A stretch of DNA of 63,470 bases, counting the filler, from Ministeria vibrans ATCC 50519 (Eukaryota > Protista > Filasterea), in assembly GCA_943704425.1 (NCBI GenBank). It is 11 parts of 11 records of this genome, joined end to end, with 100 filler letters (N's around TTAATTAATTAA, not from the genome) between each part and the next. Parts side by side here need not be neighbours in the genome. Positions count along the whole stretch, not along the records: positions 38,027 to 55,090 come from CALSCP010000043.1; positions 55,191 to 56,622 come from CALSCP010000409.1; 9 more parts are not named here. The stretch is one strand, 5' to 3'. Shown here piece by piece: positions 38,230-55,631 of the stretch. The translations under genes were made by a program, and so were the position numbers. The notes under the pieces were generated by a model. The model saw only the letters and a program-made list of their open reading frames with translations. It had not been told where the DNA came from and did not search any database. Within the stretch, counting starts at the first letter, position 1. Every line of letters begins with the position of its first letter.

Positions 38230-38486
38230 GGTTTGTTTAAAAAAGTATAAATATTGAACGAGACGAAAACGAGACTTTCCAATTTTTTATCAATCACAAA
38301 CGAAAAGCGACAACACAAACCGCTCAGAACCACTTTCTAAGCTACAGAAGCATCTTGAGAAGCCGGATACAGGTTGGCTGATGGGTTTGATCAATAATCT
38401 CTCAAATTTCCATAGTCATACACTTGTCGAAAACGAATTAATGATGAATTATTTTATTTATATAAATACATACATGAAATGACTGG

Positions 38487-39554
38487 TCAGAGGCGAAGAA
38501 AGCGGCCGAGACTCCAGTAGACAATGCGAGCCTTGTCACGCAGTCGGAATGGTGTGAGCCACAGCCACCAGCGAAGAGAAGGGAGTCCCGGAACACACGC
38601 CACTACATCAACCGCAGAGCGCTGCAGGAACAGCACAACGGGGGAGGAAGGAGCAAAATACAAAACATTAACACACACACACACATAATTAATAATGGTT
38701 AAGAGTGAAAAAGACAACACAAATCGTACGTCGAAGGTGAGGCTCTCGGTGCAGAGAGAGGCATCCTTTTGCTTTAGCGAGGGTGCTGTGGAGGTGGCTG
38801 CTTCCGTCTCAAGAGCTGAGCGTGCTCGCTCCTGCTCACGCAAATGACGCACGGAAGCCACAAGACGGCGTACGCTGTCGTCGACGTGCCGAGCAAGGTC
38901 TTGCACCTGACCTCGCACCACGGACAACTCTCGTTGTAAATCATGGATGTCTTGGCGTTGCTCCGCCAATGCTTCCGACTCGCAAGCGACTGTCGCCGCC
39001 GTTGTGATCTGCAACAAGAAGACGCGTGTAAGGGCTCGTTGCAAGTGGGCGGCTGGCAAGCGTACCTCGTTCCTCCAGAAGCGGAGCATGCGCAGACAAG
39101 GACGGACAAGCGAGGCAATGAGAAAGAATTCGACATGAAACACCTGCATAAACGCTCCATCACTGAGACGCTTCAGGAGCACCACGACTCCCGCCAGGGC
39201 GCATGGAACTACAAACGAAAGCACCAATGCCCAGCGCAAGTGGCCTCGCGCTGCGTTCGCGAGCTCTATGTTTCGCGCCGACCGTTGATACACATCGACG
39301 GTCGAAGCGTAGTAGCGCTCGAGCCGAGTGACAACCAAGAACGAAATGACGACCGTGAGGACAAGACAAGCAAGGTCGGTGCCCGTCTCGGTGCCGAGGA
39401 GAAGACTCAGCGCGGCCGGGAGAGACGCGAGCGCGAAAGCCTTCATCGAGTCATCCGCAACGGAGTTACGCTTTCGTCGCGACAAATCGCTCTCTTCGCC
39501 CATCTCACTCAGGCTTGTTGACACAACAGAGTCTCTTCGTCTCAAAGGACTCAT
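38487..39554 (-). CDS. Uncharacterised multi-pass membrane protein with C-terminal coiled coil (probably small introns)
   Basis: About four hydrophobic segments followed by heptads (IHDLQRELSVVRGQVQDL). Confidence 0.7.
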   Translation of the reverse strand: MSPLRRRDSVVSTSLSEMGEESDLSRRKRNSVADDSMKAFALASLPAALSLLLGTETGTDLACLVLTVVISFLVVTRLERYYASTVDVYQRSARNIELANAARGHLRWALVLSFVVPCALAGVVVLLKRLSDGAFMQVFHVEFFLIASLVRPCLRMLRFWRNEVRLPAAHLQRALTRVFLLQITTAATVACESEALAEQRQDIHDLQRELSVVRGQVQDLARHVDDSVRRLVASVRHLREQERARSALETEAATSTAPSLKQKDASLCTESLTFDVRFVLSFSLLTIINYVCVCVNVLYFAPSSPVVLFLQRSAVDVVACVPGLPSLRWWLWLTPFRLRDKARIVYWSLGRFLRL

Positions 39555-39797
39555 ATTATAAACAAAAAAGTAAACTGTAAAGTAATAAAAGTATCACTAA
39601 AGTTGTGTGTGTGACTCTGTGTGTGTGAAGTAGAGTAAAGAGTTCTCGAATTCCCGATCCGACAGCCGACTTACTATCGTTCTTACGAAAAAGACACCAG
39701 TAATATTTAAGTATTTACGAGGTGAGAGTCACAAAAGGACAGTTGACAAAGCCTGGTGTTTTATTTTGAATTTTGTGGAGAAAAGAAGAAAATAAGC

Positions 39798-40460
39798 TCA
39801 CATCATGGGACGGCCACGGCCACGGCCACGCTGACCGGCACCCTGGTCGTTCTGCGGAGCCTTAATGGTCTCGTCGACACTAAGAACCAAGCACGCAGCC
39901 TCGGTCGCCGCCGTGATGACATTGCACTTGAGCATGCTCGGTTCCCACACAAAGGCAGCCATGTTGTCCGCGACCGTCTCGTTGTACACATCCACACCCA
40001 TCCACGTGCCGCCTGTAAGGAAATCAGTAAGTCGAGAATGGGTTGTTTGTCAGTACACATTTCCACATACCTTCGACGTGCTTGTGGCGCAATTTGTTGA
40101 GGATGCTGTTGGGGTCGAAGCCGGCGTTGTCGCACAGCTGGCGCGGAATCACCTCAAGGGCCATGGCATACGCCTGGATCAGCAACTGCTGCTTGCCAGC
40201 AATCAGACGTGCTTGGTCGCGCAAGTGCTTGCTCAGCTCCATCTCAATGGCTCCGCCACCGGCCACCACCGCATCGTTCTTGACGGCACGTCGCACAATC
40301 ATGATAGCGTCATGCAGCGATCGCTCTGTCTCGGCAATGAACTGTTCTGCCCCACCACGCATAATGATCGTGCACGTCTTGGCGCCCGGACATCCCGTGA
40401 AGAAGTTGTATCGCTCTACGAAACAATTTTTATTGATTAGTAAGATTAAACATTGAGTTG

Positions 40461-40542
<82 letters not shown>

Positions 40543-42731
40543 GGAGAAAGAAACAAAGTAATAGAGAGAGAGAGAGAGAGACAGAGAGGAGGAAGAAAGA
40601 AACAAAGTGATAGAGAGAGAGTGATAGAGAGAGAGAGTGATAGAGAGAGAGGAGGAAGAAAGAAACAAAGTGATAGAAAGAGAGAGAAGAGAAAGAGAAA
40701 GACATAAAGTGATAGAAAGAGAGAGAGAGGAGAGAGGGGAAAAGAAACAAAGTAGAGAGAGGGACAAAGAAACAAAGCGAGAGAGAGATGAAGACACACA
40801 CATACATACATACATACATACACACACACTTACCGGCACCAATCTGGCGCTCCTCAAAAGCATCACATGAGCCAAGGACGTCGGGAGTGAGGCCGTTGAC
40901 AGACGACTGGACGGCTCCCCCACATGCCTTGACGGTGCGCTTGAGGTCCGAGTCGGGCACGCGTCCCGCACAGAAAATGTCGCGGTCCGCAAAGTACTGC
41001 GTTGCCACATCCCCAATCGGCAGCTTCGACAGCACCACCTTGGCACCGCTTGCCGCAATCTTGTCCAGTTTGTCGTACAGAATCTTCCACTCTGCATCCA
41101 CGATCGCTTGGTACTCCTGCAGGCAAGCCAGACAGTACGTCACAAGGTCAATTGTGTTTTCTTAAGTCTCTCAGCATTCAATCAGACTTACGGTCACATT
41201 CGACGTACGCACTTCGGCGTTGTCGCGCTCTGCCTTGATCTCAAGCTCGACATTGAGCATGACAATGCTGGGCTTGACATACGACTTGGGCTGCATCTCG
41301 AAGCCAGCGTACGCAAAGGTCCGCTTGAACGACACACCCGCCACCAGAAGTGAATCCTACACACCTCTCCATCAGCCCCCCAAACACCGTCGAGCGTCAG
41401 TGATGACACGTCGTGACTTACCTCAAGGGCACCACCCTGGACCTTCTTCATTCCAATGTTCGTCAACGGCATGCTCTCGTCGAGCATGAGCACCGCATCG
41501 ACCACCATCTTGCTGAAGAAACCCTTCTGGTGCGCAATCAGCTTGCTGCTCATCGCCGTCGCCGCACACTTGACCAACATCTCCCGTTGCTTCTCAGGCG
41601 ACTCGTGGCTAATCTTGACGGAGATTTCGTTGATGTACGACAGTGCAATGGAAGCGGCGTGTCTGTAGGCGCGCAGAATCACCTGCGGGTGCACACCATC
41701 CTCAATGAACGGCTTGGCCTCACGCAACAATTCACTCGCAACCAGAACCACTGTGGTAGTGCCGTCACCAACTTCGGCGTCCTATAAACATGCGAGGAAA
41801 AGAATGAAAACCGACACGCACAAAAACAAAGCACAAAGACACGACAAAGACACACCCAACAAAGAAACCACAAAGACTCACACGACAAAGACACCACAAA
41901 GACACATACGACAAAAACATCACAAAGACACATACCACAAAGATACACACTAAAAAGACACACGCATACACCACAAAGACATACATGCACACACAAAACA
42001 AAGGCACACTCAGACACCACACAAAGTAGTGATCATTCCTACCTGGCTCTGTGCAATATCCGACAGCGTGCGCGCCGCGGGATGGACCACATCAAGCAAC
42101 TTCATAATGGTGGCACCGTCGTTGGAGATGGTCGTCTCGCCTGCGAGAATGGAACAAAAAAAAAAAAAGCATGACAGTCATTTTGAGCGCATTCGCGAAG
42201 GAGCCCTTTGAATCACTTACGACCACGCACAATGAGCTTGTCCATACCACGCGGGCCCAAGGTAGTTCGAACGCGATCAGCGATACTCTGTGGGACACAG
42301 GGCAAGGGGCAGGAGGCGAGCGTGAGTGTCTGTTCGCTTGCCAATCCTTGACTCATACCTGACATGCGTTGATGTTGCTGATGAGCTGCGCCTTTCCTTG
42401 AGACGTGTCTGTTCCGTTGCGCAGCAGAATGATCTGCGGTTGCTGCACTCAGCAAAAGGGTCGAGGGGTCAGCAAGTGACGAGGGAAGCGAGACACGACA
42501 CAAAAAAAAAAAAAATCATCAGCGGTGTCATTTTGATGGTGATGGGCTTCATGGACAGCGGCGTTGACACCAGACCCATTCGAAAAGGCCTTGCTGACGC
42601 CGCGCCGACCCCGGTGGCAGGGTGCAAGGAACACTTTTCACGTGTGACAGGTGGCGAGCAAAAAAAAAGAGAAGCGAAACGCAAGCAACAGCGAATGCGA
42701 TTACCATTCCAGGGTGGCCTCCGCGCATCAT
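39798..42731 (-). CDS. CCT7: T-complex protein 1 subunit eta, multi-exon
   Basis: MMRGGHPGM|[27 protein letters not shown]; [10 protein letters not shown]; GDGTT; [16 protein letters not shown]; [10 protein letters not shown]; [12 protein letters not shown]. Confidence 0.97.
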
Positions 42732-43025
42732 CGTGAAAGGGTACAAGGCTTGAAGAAAAAGTGAAAGCAGAAAGGGGAAATATCAAGAAGGGAGCAAGCC
42801 CAAAGGTGAGTTGGTGATCACGACTCTTGTGAAACCAAGGAAGCGTCGAGAGACGAGGAATGCGGTGACTGGCCAAGTGGAGACTGCAAAGGGGTATACT
42901 GCTTGAGTTGTGTGACCTGGACGTGCTCTTTCGGGGACCTTGCACAACTTTCTTGCTAAATTGATTTTGAAATTGTTTTTCATTTTTATCATAATATTAA
43001 TTTTTTATTCGTTTCTTCTTGCTTG

Positions 43026-44399
43026 ATGACGGACACTTCGATCACTAGAATAGCAGTGTTGGGTGACTCTGGCGTTGGAAAAACCAGCTTGTTGAGCGTT
43101 CTTTGTCATAAGTATGTGAAGAGCAGTTGTTGAGCCCTTTCTTACTGACGCACTCGCTGTGCAGGGCCGTGCTGAAGTCACCCTCATGGACCGTGGGCTG
43201 TGCCATTGAAGTACTGGTGAGGCGAGTGGCGCCAACACTGTCGTGGCATCCTTCTTTTCTCGTTTTCCTTCTCACCTCCCTCTCCCTCCCTCTCCCTCCC
43301 TCTCTCTCCCTCGTACAGCTTCACGGTGACTCCTGCATTGAACTTCGCGACGTTGGCGGTGGAAAGGCGCAGCATCGCCGGTCGCGGGCCATTTTCTACA
43401 AAGACGTGCACGGTAAGGGAAGGGCGCGAGGCCAAAGCGACCGCGGTTGATGCTGCTGCTCCAACGCACTCTCTCGTAGCACTCATTCTTGTGCACGACC
43501 TGACCAACCGCAAATCATGCGATAACCTTCGAAAGTGGGTGGCCGAGTTTCTCGCAAGTAAAGAGCCGACGGGCGTCACGACAGTGTCTTCATCGAGGTA
43601 TCCCTTCCAAGTCGGTCCCCTTTTCCCCTTCTCATCTCTTCTCTCTTCTGCTTCTTTCTCTTTCTGGAAGTCGTTTAAAATCACGCACCAGCTCAAGCGA
43701 AAGCGTCCCCGACTCGATGATGTCAACCTTAAACCCCACGCCCGGCACCATCAGCACGAGCACCAGTGAGTTGCCGCTCTCGAGTGTCCCAATGCTCATC
43801 ATTGGCACCAAATGCGACCTTGTGTCTCCCGCGGATTTGCGCGAGCGTCGTGTGCCCATCGCCGACAGCGCCAACGCCGACTCCATCTTTGTGGTGCGTG
43901 TCATTCTTTTTTCATTATTTCAACATGCTCCGTGCTTTTTTTCTTTTATGTGTGCATCTTAGTTTGTGGGTTTTTACACCTTTGTTCTTTTCTCACTCAT
44001 TTTCTTGAAATGTGTTCTTCCTCTTTCCTTTTGACTCCACACCTTCTTGTTTTATCTCTTCGCTATCTCTTCGCGTGACCCCTCTTGTGTTACGTAGAGC
44101 TGTATGGACCCTCTGGCGTTCTCGGCGGGCACAGGCAAGCGCATTGAGCGGTTCCTCGAGCGTGCAGTGGAGTCGCAGGTAAGGCAGCGCAGGTGATGCA
44201 AGTACGGTCGACTAACGCGCACTCTGGCAAGTCAAGCGTGCCAGCAGCCGTGGGCGCTGGTAAGCACCGATTCAACGCCCTCCACGTCCTCGATCACGAC
44301 CATGCACTTCGCCCCCTTGTCTCGTCCAGTCCTGTCAAGTCCCGCCCCTCTTCTGCTCTCTCCCGTCCCCTCTTTCCCCGCAAACCACACGTCACTTGA
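43026..44399 (+). CDS. RABL3: Rab-like protein 3, multi-exon
   Basis: LGDSGVGKTSL; PSWTVGCAIEV; ELRDVGG; ILVHDLTNRKS..NL.KW; IIGTKCD. Confidence 0.9.
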
Positions 44400-44575
44400 C
44401 CCTTGAACACCAACTTCTCTCTCAGTGTTGAGTTTTCAGTGTGTCACCTTGTAGTATTCAATGTAGAAAAAAAAAGTGTAACGTAATGTTAATTATTATT
44501 TTTGTTAATAAAAAAATGGGGTGTACTACATCTCTCCTCTTGGGATATCCCCTTCGTTCGTCCGGCTCACCGAGG

Positions 44576-46268
44576 TTAAGACGACTTCAGCGTGACGTGT
44601 GCCGGTACTACCAGATTGATCACATTCGCCGTGACATTCACTCCAGGTAGTTTGGGAATGACCTTTTCGTACGTTGTGCTGTGGTATCCATTCGCTGCTC
44701 GGCGGAACACGGAGAAAAAACTACATTGATACACAAAACATAGTTCAAAACGTGTACAATGTGAAAGAGTGCACATTTGCCTCACTGCATCTTACACAAA
44801 CACATACCTTCCAATGCATTGGTCAACGGCCGTGATGGTGCAGTTGGGCGGAAAGAAGGGCACTATCTGTTGCCATGTCCACTCCTTCTGCTGCAACACA
44901 TAAGGCATCTCAAAATCCATCATGGCGCGCAGCCGACTCGACCCGTGGCCCTTCTCGTGTGTCAGGTCAATGCCCGAGACCGCACTAATCGCCGTCAGCT
45001 GCCACATCGCATCCGAACAGAACTCGGTGTACGAGAAGGACTTTGTGCGCGCCAGCTCGGCTGGCAACTCACCCTCTTCCGTAATCTGTGTGTCAATGCG
45101 CTTCATCATGGCATCGCGCGCAATCAGCGCAGCCAGATCCACATTGCCCGAGTACAGCGCACATCCCGACAGCAACACATCGTACCACACCCCGTGGTTG
45201 TTCGTTTCTGCACTCTCCTTTGCACCAAATGGCGAGGTTGCCACCCAGTGGGTAAAGTCGGCGAACCAAGCGCGCAACGCAACGTCTTTATCGCTTGTCC
45301 ACGACTCAGACTCGCTGAGCAGCGCAATTGCATCAAGCATGACAGGCCAGTGGTGCACGTCAATCATGGCACCGTTCGAGCCATTGGATACACCTGCCAT
45401 TCAAGGAAGCATCAAATTTTAATAACAATTATTTACAATAATACAATACTCATAATGACATAAAAGAGCAACAATAATAGTAATTAAATAATAAGCGGAA
45501 ATATTGTGAGACAAATAACAGTATACCAACATAATTGTGTAAATAGGAAAAAATTAAGCTTATAACAAAAGAGAAGCTGTGACAGTAATACGCATTAATA
45601 CTATCTACCTGGTATGAAATGACCAAACTCCAAATTGGGTGCCATGGCCGTCTTCTCGTCGAGAAACCACGTCGTTAACAAGTCACTCGCATGTCTGGCG
45701 TACTTTTCCTCGCCAGAGAAGTAGTACCCAATTCCGAGTGAAATGACTGCCTCCGTCAGGTTCACGAGCGCATCATGATCGAACAAGTGCATCGCAGGAT
45801 TCGTCTGCCCGTCGTGCTGTTGCCACGGCAGCCCCGTCTTTTCGTCACAGTCGCTATCGTTCCGCACCGTCTCGCTGGGCGGCGGTGCGTTGCACGGCCA
45901 GTAGTACTTGTCCAGACTCATGTAGAAATGCTGAGACCGCAACCAACAACAACACCAATCAAAACAAACACACTCATGTCCGTCGCAACGACACGCCTCA
46001 CCTTGTTGCCGTTGGGCGGTGTATACGGCTTGTCCATAACACTGTTCAACGGCAGCCCTAGCGCGGCGTCTGCCGACGCGACAGCGACTTCCAAGCTGGC
46101 GGAAAGGACGGGCGAAGGGTTGCCGCGGCGAATCTCCGCCTGCACCGCCGCAATGTCCGTCGCATTCCAGATTTTAGTGTCTGGCAGTAAGGTGTGCCGC
46201 ACCGTCTCGGACGCAGCGCAGCATCCAACCAAAAGCAGAGTTGTAACGAAACTGGTTTCCAAACGCAT
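44576..46268 (-). CDS. Secreted alginate lyase (PL5-like), 4 exons
   Basis: Signal peptide; HFYMSL..YYWP, DGQTNP, WFLD..TAMAPNL, NNHGVWYD, QI...G..P.EL.RT.S..Y. Confidence 0.88.
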
Positions 46269-46557
46269 TTGAGCGGAGATTCCGAGTCACAAACGAGTCT
46301 CTTCGATAGCCAGGTACAAGGCAGTGCCGCAATGGGGGCTGCTCGCCGACGTTACTGGTGCGGGGAGTGCAGAGAAACGAAAATAAGTGAAAACTGAAAC
46401 GTTTCAAGTTTTTTTCGTTTCTCCCTCTGCGATTTTACATTTTATTAGCGACTGTCGCTGAATCGATTGTGGTGTAAACTGCGTTGTGAACTTACAATGA
46501 CGATTATTTTTATTGTTAAAAAATTGTTAATAATTAGAATAATTATGATAATAATTA

Positions 46558-51316
<4,759 letters not shown>

Positions 51317-51893
51317 GTAGTCACGAACATGAACTTGAGAGCGAAAATTTGTGCAAGAGTTAAAATTGGAAAAATCAAAAAAAAAATACAATTATTTTAG
51401 CTTTCTTCTTATTATTATAAGTATGTGTGCTGCTCTAAGTGCTCTTTGTTTTGTATATTGTCTATCTGTCTTGTAACTCTTGTTTTGACATTGAGTACAG
51501 CTCTTGATTATCTATTAATTATTCTTCTTCTTATTAATATTTCCATGACGAATCTTCGACGAATCCCCGACCGACACACACACACGTAAAATGCACCACC
51601 GAGTCCGCTGCCGTCTCACCCCCCCAGATTTTCTCAGGGTGACAGGGTGTCAGGGTCTGCGCTTCTCGCACAAACTCCTCGCGACTCACTGCCGTCGCGT
51701 TTATGTTGCGTGAAGCCAGTAAGTACCTCGCCGCTCAGCGACTCCCACACGAAAGAGAGTTTCTGTCAGAGTCCAAGTTTTTGAACGGGCATACGCCACA
51801 CAACATGTATCTTGTTGTTGATTCACAATCACAATTATATTTGCATCAGCTGTTTTATTAATATTTTTTCGTTTCGGCGGTTAAATTCGATTT

Positions 51894-52239
51894 TCAACCG
51901 ACATTCACCTCAACTTGCGTGTCAGCATACATAAACATGACATTGTCGGGAACAGTGAGCGTTCCATGCAACCTAGGGTTCTCCTGTACCATGAGAGTGT
52001 GCAAGAGGGGACACTTGAGCAGCGACTGAGGCACTTCTCCGTCAAGATCATTAGACTCCAGCTGAAGCTGCTCAATCCATGCAAGCTGGGCCAGCGACTC
52101 TGGAATCTCCCCAGTCAGTTGATTGTCATACAAGTCAAGGGTGCGCAATTTTTCCCATGCCGTTCCCATGTATGACGGAATCGAGCCTGTCAGCCAATTC
52201 GCGTCAACCCACCTAAAATGTAGAAAATAATCAGAAAAA

Positions 52240-52319
<80 letters not shown>

Positions 52320-53776
52320 AAATTAATTATAATGTTTAAGTATATTGTATCACGTCTTCATGTACGAGCGCATACCATTTTTCAATATTGACCAGAGCAG
52401 AGAGGTCAGGTAGAGTTCCGTTGAGCGATGTGTGTTTACAGATGTAAATCTAAATATCAACACTAAGCAACAACAAATTCCAATCACTACATCAGAACTG
52501 TCCTTACATCTTCGTCAAAGTGAACACGTGCTCTGCTCTTAAAAGAGGGCCGACAGTCCCGCGCTAGTGATGAATCACTAGGTAGACAAGCCTGCATACC
52601 CATCTCAAAGGCGACGAACGACCGCAATTGAGTGAGACGAGCAAAGGAGGGCGGCAATGGACCGGGAAGAGTCGCGCCTGAGATGTCCAGCCGGATGAGG
52701 TTGACATTATTGTACGTAACGCACTCTGGAAATCTTCTTGCAGCAAGGCCAGGCCCAATGCGTAGGAATCGAAGAGAATGCATGCGACAAATTTCGGGGA
52801 GGATAAACTGATCGATACTGAGTGCCGAGCTCTTCAAAATCCCCACCTCAAGCATCAGAGCCTTCAAGTTGGGCGCCTGGCCAAGCTTGGGGATAGGATT
52901 CGACGAAGAGACGGAGATGGTGACGGAACGCAACGCCTTCAGACGCGAAAGAGTGGGTGGTAATTGAACACCTTGGCTACAGAGGAGGAGAAATCTTTCG
53001 AGATGTCTCAAATTTCCAAGTGATTGAGGCAACTGGATGGGCGACCTTGCCGCTTGGAAGTCTGCGCCGAAGTATATGACGATGGCCGTGATGTGAACCC
53101 GGCCGCGAGCATTGATGAGACGGCACTCGACAATGTCAGTGCAGCTGCATGGAGCCAGGTCACAATTTTCCCACAACAAATTTTGTTGCAGCTGAAGAGC
53201 ATGATAGAGGTCTTGAAACGCCAGGATGTCGTTCGGGGCGAGTGATCCAAGCGATTCTTGGGCTTGGTTTTTAGTTAAAGCTTCAATGGGCAAAAGGGAG
53301 GCCATCTCTCGATTATTGTACGAGTCCCAGCTCCGCGTTTGAAAAACTTTTTCAACAGAGGCGAGAAAATTTTGGTGCGGACTTGAAACCCCATTGAGAA
53401 AGGCTCTCTGGTACTCGTCAACAAGGTCTATTTTCTGCGGACACCCATTGCTGCATAGGCACGACGAGCGTGGGTCCGAGCACTTTCGTTGGGCCTCCAC
53501 GATGCACGTTTCTGCGAATCTGAAGTCGTCCGTCCGACACACGTCTTCTCCACGCTTCTCTTTGTACCTTCTCAAGATGGTATCAGCCTCAAGGAAGATA
53601 CCAATGCCTGATTCCTCGCTCAAATATCCGTCGTTGTCGTGAACGGAAGGGAGAGAATTTTGGGTGTTCTTTGAGTTCAACCATTGTGGTCCTTCAGCGG
53701 AGGTAGTCGCTGCACTGGTCATGACAATCAATGTAACAGACACCATCAGCAGAAATCTAAGACAGAGTGGAATCAT
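51894..53776 (-). CDS. Secreted leucine-rich repeat protein (plant-type LxxNxLxGxIP repeats)
   Basis: Signal peptide MIPLCLRFLLMV; LDLYDNQLTGEIP, LQLESNDLDGEVP. Confidence 0.85.
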
Positions 53777-54507
53777 TCTTTGACGCTTCAGCAGAAAAAA
53801 AGGTGAAAATTGAAAAAAATTAATCCATATATGGAAATTTCAGAACCCACAAAGAATCCACAAACTCACAAACTTTTTTTTCTCTTATAGTAAGTTGCTT
53901 TTTTCCTAATGTTGCCTGACGCCTGTTGGCTGTAAGCTGTCTGGGTGTGTTCACTGTGTTGGCGGGGGTTAGACCATGGCGACGGAGGTTTTGTGGACTT
54001 TAAAAGAAAAAGAATTTATAAAAAATAAATTATGATGATAATTCTTCAACAATTGCGCGTACGTGAAATCGCCTTCAAATTTCTGCCTGCTATGTGGCGC
54101 ATTGGATGAAGAAGTTGTGTGTGTCTGTTGGCGGAGGTCGGCGGGGGATGGCGCGCGGGAGATATATCCTCGTTTTCATCACAAGAATAAACGAAAACCC
54201 CTTCCTTTGCGAGCGTTGCGAGCGGGTTTTTTTTTTAGGCTTGGTCCCTGTCCGCTGTATATTCCACGCCTAACTTGGCAATGATTGTGCACACTACCAT
54301 CTAAGATTGTGTTGGCGTACTTAGCTTGACCGCGGAGAAGCTTGCTTTTCCTTTGATTTGGACTTTTTATTTCTTTCCGTTTTCTTTCCCCTTTCTTTCC
54401 TCGACGTTTTTTTTTCTCTACTCCGAGCTTGTCGCCTCCAAATCCGCGCTGCGCTTGTCTCTATGTAATTATTGCAGTTTGGCTTGTTGCAGTTGTGCTG
54501 CTGTCGA

Positions 54508-55090
54508 ATGAATTGGCGCGGTTATTTTTCGAATTTTTTTCATTCTTTTTTCAGTGATTTTCATTGTGCTCCTCGTCGCCACTACCATCACCGGTACGTT
54601 TGGGGAGGATGCTTCGGTCTTCAACGACAATGGCAATCTCGTCCTGGCGCCTGCCGGCAACCAGTCGGTCATTATCAATGGCGGCCTTCTCGTCAACGGC
54701 TCCAAAGCCCTCCTGCTCTCGGCGACCGCCGCGTGCCATCCTAGCACCGCCTCAGTTGAAATGGGCGACGGCATCATTTGCCTTCACAACGAAACCATGT
54801 CCGCAGAGTGGATCCGGAGCCTCCGTCGAGAGAACACTGAGGTCTGTGTTCCTCTTTTTTTTTTTTTCTTTTTTGTAACGCTCTCTCCCTTCTCTTTGCG
54901 TGTAGCTACGTACACGTCTCGACGCTGTCGAACGCTCGTTGACCTCTCTCAGCGCCTTGGTGGTTGCGCTGTCTCCTGGCCGGCCCACGGAGACAGTGCC
55001 TACACCAACAGCTATGCCAACTCCCACCGCAAATGCCCCTCCTGTGTGCGCCTACGACGGCTGGTCCAGCTGGTCACTCTGTACGGAGGC
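54508..55090 (+). CDS. Secreted protein with start of a thrombospondin type-1 repeat, 3'-partial
   Basis: MNWR|VIFIVLLV signal peptide; NGNLVL...VIING; CAYDGWSSWSLCTE at the contig end. Confidence 0.7.
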
Positions 55091-55212
55091 NNNNNNNNNN
55101 NNNNNNNNNNNNNNNNNNNNNNNNNNNNNNNNNNTTAATTAATTAANNNNNNNNNNNNNNNNNNNNNNNNNNNNNNNNNNNNNNNNNNNNTTTTTTTCCG
55201 TTGAATGTGTAG

Positions 55213-55416
55213 TCTCGTGGATTCAAGCGCGGCTCTCGCCGTGCTCTGAGGTCGGTGCACCACGCCGTCTCGGGCAACAGCTACCGACCGGAGCTGCTCA
55301 GTGCGGCGCTGGCACGCACTGCGGCGCTCATCAGCACGCACAAGAAGAAGGTGGTCCAGCGCGAGACTCCCCGCACACGCCGCCTCGCCATCAAGAAGAA
55401 GGTCGCCGACGAGTAA
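55213..55416 (+). CDS. RPL28: 60S ribosomal protein L28 (eL28), last exon
   Basis: RRALRSV...YRPELLSAALARTAALI followed by a basic tail. Confidence 0.8.
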   Translation, partial: SRGFKRGSRRALRSVHHAVSGNSYRPELLSAALARTAALISTHKKKVVQRETPRTRRLAIKKKVADE

Positions 55417-55631
55417 TCCTTCTTTTTGTTCGTTTCTTGTTCTCTGAGTACATCCCCACACACATCACCCCCCTTTGTAGCCACAACATGCGTTCGATTT
55501 GTACATAGTGTGTGTGTGTATTATGTTTCCTTTTTGTTGTAGTTGTCGTTGTTGGGTGTTGTCTTTCTCTCCATTAGTTGATTGAGATCTGGTCGACTGC
55601 ACTAGCAAGCTGATCGGCAGTCGGCGGAGCA

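Noticed and set aside
40430-40830. ORFs rich in SLSLSL, ERERER, IIII or YYYY
   Set aside because: Translations of intronic microsatellites
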